DNA of 64,000 nt, taken from the NCBI GenBank assembly GCA_044892525.1, contig CM097886.1, forward strand, positions 83,514,001 through 83,578,000, in the 5' to 3' direction. The translations under genes were made by a program, and so were the position numbers. Under the pieces are notes generated by a model, which worked only from the letters and a program-made list of their open reading frames with translations, was not told where the DNA came from and searched no databases. This document shows positions 53,438-64,000 of the stretch, one piece after another (the first letter of the stretch is position 1; every line of letters begins with the position of its first letter). The DNA is from Schmidtea polychroa (lineage: Eukaryota).

Positions 53438-54489
53438 ACTTTTACTGAAACATCAAGCAGTATTGAAAGTAAGGATGATCGTTTATATTTATTGTATAAT
53501 TATTATTTTATGATACATTATATTGATTGTTAATTTTTATCCTTTTTTGTTATCATTTTACTATTACGTAACAAGAGTGACCAGCGTTGTCGACGGGTTA
53601 TATTCGCGACGCTGATCAGCCTTGTTTCCAACTACTATTTCACATGCACAAATTCGGGTCTACGACCTTACATGCACAAAATTTCATTTTTTAACCGGAA
53701 GGTCGCCACGAATAAATGGTTTCTAACCAGGAGTAGGGCGGTAAATCCATCCAGGTAGTTGGCATAGTCGCAGGGACTATGCGGACGAAATAAAATTTGG
53801 GCTAGTAATCGCGGGAAACATAATACAATAAGGCCTATCGTACCGTATTCAGTTGAGTCGGGAAAGTAGGAAAATTTTAAATAAATCGACCTTTCGGTAA
53901 ATCACATACATAAAATGTACACTCAAATATTCTATAGGAAATACATCATTAGGAACATCTAAACGGGAAATATCCCAGACTCAAATTATCACAAAAGTTC
54001 CCAAGTAGTCGGCTAATTGCACAAACTATTATTCAGTATACTCAATATTAACTACTATTAAGAGATTCTATTAATATTATTCATAATTATATTCAATGAT
54101 AAATAATGTATTATCATTATATGTATTAATTATAAACTAAAATCATTTCGTAAAAATTTTATACTTACCGTTATATGTATCGAAATTTAGCTTATATAAA
54201 ATCTTTAAATTTTTTGTTTGTGCCCTAATAATACTATCATCTTTAGGATCATTATTATTATAATTATTATTTTTACAAAGTTACATTAATAAAGAGTATA
54301 TCATTACCATTAGTATATTAAAGCATATATAAGTATATTAAACTTTAAAAAACAACTAACCCAAACTAACCCAAAGTTACGAAATCGTCGAAACACATGT
54401 TCACATTCATAACCTAACTTATATAAGTATATTTGAAACTTATAAAAGTATAACCCACCTTGGTTCATCAGTGCTTAGGTTTCATATAT

Positions 54490-55268
54490 ATAGTGGTAAA
54501 TTAACTTATTTTAATATATATTTAGGTTTTAGAATGTTAAAATGATAGTTTATAAATATTCATAAATAACCCCCCCCCCGAATAATACCTTCATTACCCA
54601 GTGCATAAATACCCTAAACTAACTTATTACAATATATATTTAACTTGTAGAATGTTAAAATGATAATTTATAAATACTTATGAATGACCCCCCTGAATTA
54701 TACCTTCATTACCCAGTGTATAAATATCTTAAACTAACTTATTACAATATATATTTAACTTGTAGAATGATAATTTATAAATATTTATGAATGACCCCTC
54801 TGAATTATACCTTCATTACCCAGTGCATAAATATCCTAAACTAACTTATTACAATATATATTTAACTTGTAGAATGTTAAAATGATAATTTATAAATACT
54901 TATGAAAGACCCCCCTGAATTATACCTTCATTACCGGTGCATAGATATCCCAAATTAAATTAGTTTAATATATATTTAGCTTGTAGTATGTTAAAAATGA
55001 TGATTTATAAATATTCATAAATGACCCCCCCCCGAATTATATATCCATTACCCATTACACAAATATCCTAAATTAACTTATTTTAATATATATTTAGCTT
55101 GTAGTATGTTAAAAATGTTGATTTATAAATATTCATAAATGACCCCCCTCCGAATTATATATCCATTACCCATTACACAAATATCCTAAATTAACTTATT
55201 TCAATATATATTTAGCTTGTAGTATGTTAAAATGATAATTTATAAATATTCATACATGACCCCCTCAG
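54490..55268. repeat. About 115-bp tandem satellite, about 6.5 copies
   Basis: GACCCCCC anchor at about 54570, 54686, 54794, 54908, 55023, 55141, 55257. Confidence 0.95.
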
Positions 55269-57102
55269 TTCATATAGTCCTTAATGACTACTCAAAGGTA
55301 TCAATCTAATTTGCTTCTAGACATAGTTAGCTTACATTACTTTTAGAAATGTCGTTTACATCTTGTTGCAACCGACCCCTCCAAATCCAGTAGCCGTAAA
55401 CTATTCATGATCTCATAAAACTATGAACTTACATTTATTATTTGTTNNNNNNNNNNNNNNNNNNNNNNNNNNNNNNNNNNNNNNNNNNNNNNNNNNNNNN
55501 NNNNNNNNNNNNNNNNNNNNNNNNNNNNNNNNNNNNNNNNNNNNNNNNNNNNNNNNNNNNNNNNNNNNNNNNNNNNNNNNNNNNNNNNNNNNNNNNNNNN
55601 NNNNNNNNNNNNNNNNNNNNNNNNNNNNNNNNNNNNNNNNNNNNNNNNNNNATTGACATTAACATTTTCACCCTGGTCATTACTATCACTATTATCATTA
55701 TGGTTACGTTATTAGAATGATTATTTTCTTAAATAAAATTTTAACCAAAATTATTGATTTTGGGATCCCCCTATTTCTAAATTTAGTTACAAAGACACTA
55801 TCCTCCAATAAAATCCCGGAAAACTACTGAGACCTATTTTTAGCAACACCCCCCCCCCCGGTAAACGACGTCAGGATCAGTAACTTGAATTTGTAAGTTT
55901 ATGTAGTTATAACTGTGTATGTGCATATGTGAGTGTACGTGTGTATGCCTATATTAATAATAACCTCATGGAAGCATGGTTGTCCCTCGGATCATCGTGT
56001 GATGGAACACTCTAGTTCATTTATCTACCCCAGAAAAAACAAAATTATGCCGAAGCTACCCTAAAGAACTGAATATCTGAGTAGGATTGTTTAAAGAAAT
56101 TAAAAGACTCAAAAAATCTAGCTGAATTTATTGACCAAAATACTCTTTAAAAAAACGGAAAACGACATAAATAAATCAAATTATATAAAAGTCACTTTGA
56201 ATGCTCGTTTCACGAGAATTATATAACCAAATATTTCCATCACGGTAAATCCTCGAAAGCAAATGACAAATCGCTGAACGCCTTCGGGTGCAATTTGTGA
56301 ACTTAGAATTCCACGGCATGGATCCAAAATCTGAAATAAATAATAATTCCCAGCTAAACCCTCGCAAATTTAGAATGTTGGCCTATTCTGAACTCCCATC
56401 AAACAGTGGCATCTCGAATTTATTATCTAAGTTGTCATCTTCAAAGTGAAGAGTTTGGAGACTCATTCCTGAAATTATACAAATTTAAAAGATTTCAAAA
56501 GCTAATTTACCCGTTAAGTATCAGCTGATGAGGGAGCTACTTACAACCACTATGGTCAGGGATTCGCAAGAGCTGAATGTAAATTCAGACAATTTACAAT
56601 ATCCGCTTCCCATAGTGGGTCCTAGTAGTATAAATTTTGCCAAAAAAATTATCAATAGAGAATTCTAAAAATTATTAAATGAAAAATAATATTTGAATTA
56701 ATATAGATTGGTATAAATAGTTAAATTAAATCTTTGAATGATTTAAACAACCACTATTGGAAGTTTAATTTATAAAATTTTAAACGCTCATTTCTACTGT
56801 ATCAACCATTAGTTCATCAAAACCAAGCTCATGGATTTCCACTTTAAACATACGAACTGCAATTCTGTAACTGATACTTATAAACTTGAATTTCGTAATT
56901 CTCTGGCCAACTTAAATTACATCGAAAATCAAAAGGGGAAAATTAATTAGCACATTAAGTTCATTTTTTCACCACCTAAAATATCATTGCAATACGGGTC
57001 ACGTTTGAATTTAAATGCAACAGTGCGTTAAACGTCTTGGGGTAACCAGACGTAGACGAGCGAATAGAAATTTTACTAATATGTTCTCTTAATATCTCAG
57101 GC

Positions 57103-57603
57103 ATGCCTACTATTAGCCCAGAAGACAGCTACGCGAATCCCTCGGCATCTACATCCAGACTCAACCTAAACCACGCGGAGGTAGACGAAGTCGCCAGATT
57201 GGACCAGGAGGAAGAACTCACTCGCCTGAGGTCCAGGTGGATCTGGTATAAAATCCATGATTGAACCTACCAGAACGTAGTCCCAGTGATCCCGAAGGTG
57301 GAGCCGTATATCAATTATACATCATTGGCTTTGGGCGACGCATTCGACGATGCGAAGGAAGCGGTGGACCGATTGCACAGGCTCGAAACAGCAACCCTGG
57401 CCGGCGAGCTCGAGGACATTGACGGTTACGCTCGAGCTCAATGTCATCCTAAGCGGACCGCAGCCCTTCGCCGTGGGCTGGAATACCCAAGGAGTCCTCA
57501 ACGTGGGCCGAACCAGCGGAGAAAACGCGGACGCCCACGAAAAACCACCAGCTCAGCCAAGGAGATTACCGGGCCAAAAGCCAGCATGGTGCGACACGCC
57601 TAA
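57103..57603 (+). pseudogene. GC-rich orphan ORF with AT-hook; one in-frame TGA near 57262
   Basis: MPTISPEDSY...KIHD*TYQNVVPVIPKVEP...QRRKRGRPRKTT...; RGRP AT-hook at about 57517-57543; sampled lines about 50-60% GC. Confidence 0.5.
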
Positions 57604-58150
57604 CATCTGCGTTGTGAGCAAGGACTGGGACTCGTAATCAAACACTATACAGCACGAAATAATTTTGTTGCTAAATGTACAGTGCGATTTATGTAGTGTG
57701 ATGAATGTTTTTATATTACTTTTTATGTCTTGGCAGTCGTATTAATCCAACTGCTTATTTATGTTTTGGTCATCAATATTAATTTCATTATTGGTATCGT
57801 TTTATTTTTGATTATTTTCTTTAACGTAGACCAGTATTATTATTGACTATAATTTTTCTTAATTCAATTGTTTATTTATGTTTTAATTATCAATACTAAT
57901 TTCATTGTTTGCACCGTTTTAATTTCAGTGATTTTCTTTAACGTGGGCCATTGTTACTATTGACTATAATTTTCCTTAACGTTGACCATTACGACCAGCC
58001 CTATAAGTTTTGGTAAGATCCATAGAACTAGGTCTAGGTGTGCGTAAAGGAGGGCAGTGACGAAGAGACTACATTCACTTAGCATTGATGCTCATAATAA
58101 TACGCGTCACTCAATGCTGAGGAGAAAATCACTAATGTTGTCTTATTTTA

Positions 58151-58606
58151 GTGCTAAAACTCCTGGAAGAAATGCGAGCAGACAGAGAACGGGCGCAACA
58201 GCAAGCAGAGGAATACCGGGCCAAGCTAGCACGAATCAAGGCCCATTGTCGGAATTTCGAGAGCACCTGGTTCCCGCCAGCAGAGATGAAAAGACGGATG
58301 AAACTGATCACTCAACTGCAACTCCAGAGTGCACAGGATCAGGTTGAGTTACGGGCCCTCCACCTAAGAGTGAAGGAACTGGAGATCAAGGTACACCAAC
58401 AGGACCTTGATCGAGAGGTCATTTCCAAGATCCGATCCATGAGTGAGCTGCTCCGCAGGCCGAGGAAGTGTACACCACCGATGATCCCTAGGAAGAAGAT
58501 CCGGCCGGGTAAAGCGGCGCGGGCGAGAATAAGACAAGCCAGCCAGCCAGGCCCAATTAATGCCTCATTCTGCTGGGTCAGAGTCTACCCCAAAAGAATC
58601 GACTAA
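58151..58606 (+). CDS. GC-rich orphan ORF, coiled-coil plus basic tail (151 aa)
   Basis: LLEEMRADRERAQQQAEEYRAKLARIK...QVELRALHLRVKELEIKV...RRPRKCTPPMIPRKKIRPGK; uninterrupted; preceded by a TTTTAG possible acceptor. Confidence 0.55.
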   Translation: MLKLLEEMRADRERAQQQAEEYRAKLARIKAHCRNFESTWFPPAEMKRRMKLITQLQLQSAQDQVELRALHLRVKELEIKVHQQDLDREVISKIRSMSELLRRPRKCTPPMIPRKKIRPGKAARARIRQASQPGPINASFCWVRVYPKRID

Positions 58607-58610
58607 GATA

Positions 58611-58824
58611 CAGGGTTTAAACCCTTATTTAACGGTTTTAAAGTTTAATTTAACGGGGTTAAAAATTAATTTAACGGTTTTAAAGTTTAATTTAACGGGG
58701 TTAAAAATTAATTTAACGGTTTTAAAGTTTAATTTAACGGTTTTAAAGTTTAATTTAACGGTTTTAAAGTTTAATTTAACGGTTTTAAAGTTTAATTTAA
58801 CGGTTTTAAAGTTTAATTTAACGG
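58611..58824. repeat. Putative Tc1 terminus: TA|CAGGG, 14-bp palindrome and 21-bp tandem array
   Basis: AGGGTTTAAACCCT at 58612-58625; about 9.5 copies of ATTTAACGGTTTTAAAGTTTA / ATTTAACGGGGTTAAAAATTA. Confidence 0.8.
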
Positions 58825-58916
58825 ATGGACGAACAAAAATATTTAAGGCTTAAATAAGGCATAAATAATATATTAAGATAAGAATAAAGAAAAAAATACG
58901 TTTAAGATTCACTTTA

Positions 58917-59480
58917 TTAAAAATCTTCTCTTCGTATACCTTTCAAAGCAAAAACACGCGTGTGTCTAAAAAAACCTTGACAATCCTCTTCTGTAATACG
59001 GGCTGCTGAAATTTCAATATTACTATATAGTTCTGTTATAGTTTTCGAGTTGCAGGATTTTATTATATGCTTCCATTTACTGAACACTTCCTCGATAGGA
59101 TTTAACTGGGGGCTGTAAGGAGGAAGAAAAAATAGTTCGAAACCGCTTGTACCTAAAAAATTTCTTAAATTTTCACTCTTGTGAATTGAAGCATTATCCA
59201 TCACTATCCTACCACTTGTAATACCAGATTCATTTAAAGTGCTAATTACTGCTCTCATAAATTCAAGAAACGATATTGAATTATATGCAGTATCTTTTAT
59301 TGTAAATTTAAGGACACCGAATTCATCAATAAAAATTAAACTTGATTCATCTTGCAATATATATTCATTGCAATAGGCTTCACGATCATCGATATATAAA
59401 TTCTGATTATGTTTCTCGAATAAATCTTTAGTGGGACATTCATATCGGGCCATTTTGATTTTTCTCAATATGTTAATTGT
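58917..59480 (-). pseudogene. Tc1/IS630 (DD34E) transposase catalytic domain, 5'-truncated and internally deleted
   Basis: LIFIDEFG...IVMDNASIHK...FLPPYSPQLNPIEEVFSKWK; 34 residues between D and E. Confidence 0.92.
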
Positions 59481-62400
59481 CGTAACGGGGACGAAAAGAA
59501 ACCGGACATAGGCCTTCTATCGGCAGTCCGTGAACCCCAGTGGGTGCTAGACAATTATAGTATGTTAAGCATGCTCACTTTTTGCTAGTACCCAAGCCTT
59601 TGATACAGTACCAACGTTGATTACTCAACGGGTATCAAGTGGTCAGCTATAAATTGTATCCTGGGTTACGTTGGAAACAGCAGGCGTAGGTAGAAACTTT
59701 GANNNNNNNNNNNNNNNNNNNNNNNNNNNNNNNNNNNNNNNNNNNNNNNNNNNNNNNNNNNNNNNNNNNNNNNNNNNNNNNNNNNNNNNNNNNNNNNNNN
59801 NNNNNNNNNNNNNNNNNNNNNNNNNNNNNNNNNNNNNNNNNNNNNNNNNNNNNNNNNNNNNNNNNNNNNNNNNNNNNNNNNNNNNNNNNNNNNNNNNNNN
59901 NNNNNNNNNNNNNNNNNNNNNNNNNNNNNNNNNNNNNNNNNNNNNNNNNNNNNNNNNNNNNNNNNNNNNNNNNNNNNNNNNNNNNNNNNNNNNNNNNNNN
60001 NNNNNNNNNNNNNNNNNNNNNNNNNNNNNNNNNNNNNNNNNNNNNNNNNNNNNNNNNNNNNNNNNNNNNNNNNNNNNNNNNNNNNNACTATTTGTTTTAA
60101 TCCTATTGAATTATTTTAATTACCTTAATAAAGATCAAAATGGAAATAAGAAATTCATAATTATAGTTTAATGGAAACAACAACAAAATCAAACGACTTA
60201 TTAGAGAAATCATTTCAATCTAATTATGTCCTGCATCATATCCTTGATGTCAGATGTAGCTGTTTAACAAAGAATTGAGAACACATCTTGACACCTAAAA
60301 ATACCGAAGATAAATTAGAAAGTGAAAATTAGATTGTAACGGTACTGATCAAAGAAGTCTATATTGTTTGGAATTCGTTATTGTTATTAATTAAACATGC
60401 TTTGAAGTTGGATTGCTAGTTATTAATTTTATATTTCACAGACAAAACCCCAACACTCATTTTGTAAAACACCAAAACTAAAACAATTTGGATATTCTTA
60501 GGTAAGTTTTGCAAAAATGGGAAGTAAAAATCAGAAGGTCAATAAAAGTATTTCAAATCTTAACCAAGAGAATGTTGAAGTAAATATGACATTTTGTAAA
60601 GTTCATGTACTACTTACAAAATATACCTTAGTTACTTTTTAATTCAATATATCTGTTATTATAACTGAAATTAAAATCTTATGAAAACTGTTATTTCTTA
60701 TAAGTGCGTTCCATGAAGTATTTCATGTTGATTGTCACCTGTTTTGAGTACCAAGTGTTTCGTATTTACACAAACATTATTTCTCATTTAAATAAACAAT
60801 AAATAATTTCATTAAATTTTTCATATTGGCTTTTGATCTTAAAATTTACCGACTACAAAAATCTATATTTAATATTTTACAATTTATTTTCAGTTCCTTT
60901 ACCAATGAAGCGGAGTTTTTAGTTTAACTTTAACTTGTGAAATATATTTCTAAATATATTTTAACGACCTCTACTGAAACAACGTTCTATAGGGGGCTGC
61001 ATTTTATTTTTATAATAAATGAATTAATCTTTAATTTCTGTTAGTATTAAAATGCAATTTTGTTTTAAAAATAATGAATTTTAGAAATAAATTATATTAC
61101 AAATGAATTTATTTATGAAAAAGAAACGCACTAGGAAGATATTAATGCATTTATTATCAATTATTATACATCTTTTGAATTTATATAATTATTTTATATT
61201 ATCTTTTAAAATTAGAATTTTATTTTTTATATCAACACCTACATTTTTTGATTTTTTGTTAATAAGCGAAAGCTTCTGATTTTGGAATTTTCAATTTTAG
61301 TACATAAATAATTATTTTTAAAATCTATTTACTACTTTACAGTAAAATAAAAAATAAATGAAAGATTATATTTTTCAATTATCGTTGTTTATGAAATAAT
61401 ATAAATATAAATTTGATTTTATTATCTAATTTTGTAACATGTCTAAAAAATAAAGAGCTGTTGATTTAAATATAGAACCAGAGAAAAACAATAAATATTA
61501 TTACATTTTGTTGATATTTACGATATTTGACTTAACTTAGAAATTTCTATATATTTTGTAATTCAAAAAATATTACGAAAAAGTGTTTTTTTAACTATAC
61601 TTAATATTACAAGATTTTCAGTGACATTTTTGGAGGGAAAATGGTTTAGCTTAAATTAAATTTTGCTTAAAAAACAATATTATTATAATACTATTTAGAT
61701 TGTTTTCAACCGCATAATCTAGAAATGGAAATATTACCAGTTTAAGCCTTAAAGCAAATCATATACTTAGTTTTTTTCAATTCATCGCATATCCAGACAT
61801 TTTCGCATCAGTCATCAAACATCGAAGTGATAGCGACCTGGTTATATAATTAATTTATTATTATTATTATTATTATTATGCCACTTTAGATATACAAAGA
61901 TATTGACATAATAATACGAAATTAATTAACTTTTCTTAGTTTTAAATGACTCTTTATTTCATGAAATATTTTCATCAACAAAAATACATATTTATGTATT
62001 TTCCATTAAATAAATTTGCTTTATATTAGTTTTTGCTTTATTATTTGCTTTATATAATTTTTATATATATACACCACCGGGTAACCGATCAAAAATGACA
62101 GAAATAAAACAAAACCTTTTTTAATTAGATTTTTTATTTCAAATTTTTTACAAAAATGTTAATTAATTCTTATCTTCATTAATACTTCTTTTTTAGAGCT
62201 TAGAAGCATTAATAAAAATACACAAATATTATATTTAGAAAAAACCACGGCAATTTGGTATAAAAATAACTATTTAAAATAGTCAGTAGAATAAATTTAT
62301 GAATAATAGAATATTTAATAAAAATTCCATTACACACATGAAGACAAATACATGAAAATTATAAGTAAATAATTCGCAATTTTATTGCTGTAAAATTGTA

Positions 62401-63087
62401 ATTTTAATATTATCATTAATAACAGTTTGTTGTCTTTTCAATATCTCATCTTGATCTATTATTTATCCATTTTAGTGATATGATTTTTTAGAAATGAATT
62501 TACATATTATTTCTTGATGTTCCGTTGGCCGTGAACCAATTATTTCTATTCTCTTGACATTTACTCATTTCATATTCTTTATTTTCAGTTTCAGTTTGAT
62601 TATCGAATTTTCTAGTGAAACCTATGCTATGTCATATTTTACATACTAAATTTGTAATTTGAATATAATCATAGTTACAATAAAGTAAAATCTTTATCAA
62701 TAACTATTTTCACAATTTTCACTATTATATTATTATATTTAATTTATATTAAATTATTTACAAAGTTAAAAATAAAAAATGGAAGTTTGTTTAAATGAAT
62801 AAAAAGAAGAAAATGCGAGAAACTTAAAACCTTTTATTCTTGGATGTTACTAACGATTCAATTTCAAATACACAACAATTGATTTCTAATTCTAATAAAT
62901 AAATTTCTAATTCCAACAGAGTGATTTCTTATGCAGACCAATTAATTATAAATCCTGACAAATCCAATTCCTTTGCCAAATAATTATTTCAAAAAAAGCT
63001 CAGATCGAAACAAACGAACATTCAATAGACAATCAATTCGGAATATTGTTACCCAACTGAATGATTATTATATATTCTAATTGTTAA

Positions 63088-63228
63088 CCGTTTGCGGACG
63101 GTAGGCCAGAACTGCTGACCACGAATTTTGTTCCAGACGTTCTACAATGTATATATCGGGCATTCGTATACTAAAAAATTATGCTAAAATATATACTACT
63201 TATTAAAATTAATTCCGTCCGCAAACGG
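63088..63228. mobile_element. piggyBac-type MITE, 141 bp
   Basis: TTAA both sides; perfect 14-bp TIR CCGTTTGCGGACGG. Confidence 0.9.
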
Positions 63229-63704
63229 TTAAAGGAAAACATTAGTTTATAATTTAATTAATGATCATTTTAGAATGAAACATCTAGACTTTATTTATTC
63301 ACATAATGTTTTTGATATTCGCTATTTTATAACATAAATAAATCATATTATAAATATTATATTATTTACAATTGACTGCATCTGTATGTATTATATTTTA
63401 TTGCTGAAATTATATATTTCACAACCATTAAATTTTATTTCAGTTTATTTACACATTTATAAAACTAAATTTTTAAAACACATCATTTGAAGATTTAGAA
63501 TGTTTTAGAATTTTTTAAAAACTTTAAATCTAAAAATTGTATTTGTTTAAATATTATTATTTTAATAAATATTTTAAAATATTTATAATATTTTTTAAAT
63601 AATAAATAAATAATACAAAATAAATAATGAATAATAAATGGTGAATAATTTGTCAATCCAATTTCTAATTCAAAATCAAAGCAATATTTTATATTAACTC
63701 AGCA

Positions 63705-63744
<40 letters not shown>

Positions 63745-64000
63745 CTATTTCCGTTCATCAATGATTAATAAAGGTTACATAAGTTTATATAATTTTTTAA
63801 TTTCGAATGACGCAAACGTGACATGAAAAATCACTTAAAATAGAACAATTCAAACAATTTATAATTTTTAATTATTTTATAATTTAAAAATTACTTTAAT
63901 TATTCGAGTCATTTAAACGCAATGAACTTTATTACCAAAAATAAATTTTATAAAAATTGATGGTGTAAAAGCAAACATAGATCGAGGGAATAGTTAAGGC

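Noticed and set aside
58560-58853. ORF with LTVLKFN repeats
   Set aside because: Artefact of the 21-bp tandem array.
62065-62110. TA|CACCACCGGGTAACCGATC, Tc1-like left end
   Set aside because: No matching right TIR in the window.

Overview
AT-rich eukaryotic (probably invertebrate) draft-assembly scaffold with eight N-gaps. The species cannot be determined from the sequence. There is no prokaryotic signature, CRISPR array, rRNA or tRNA. One host gene is recognisable: a six-exon PGS1 (mitochondrial phosphatidylglycerophosphate synthase, PLD family, about 463 aa) at 915-12712(+). It has three 44-50 nt introns and two 4-6 kb introns filled with transposon relics. The rest is largely transposon debris: mariner, Tc1 DD34E, pogo/Tigger, hAT, Merlin, piggyBac, Penelope and solo-LTR-like repeats. 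Three things stand out. (1) A 9.7-kb element at 17103-26767 has a perfect 6-bp TSD (TCCCGT), 5'-AGTAG...CTACT-3' ends and very long (about 2.2 and 2.4 kb) terminal inverted repeats built from tandem modules. It has a C-run/G-run hairpin near each end and no replication or integration genes. This fits a non-autonomous Polinton/Maverick. (2) A decayed Polinton integrase plus a probable major-capsid fragment lies on the minus strand at about 50480-51615 and is absent from the ORF track. (3) Two GC-rich orphan ORFs at 57103-58606, one with an AT-hook motif, abut a Tc1 end. All family assignments come from manual translation and motif recognition, not database searches.
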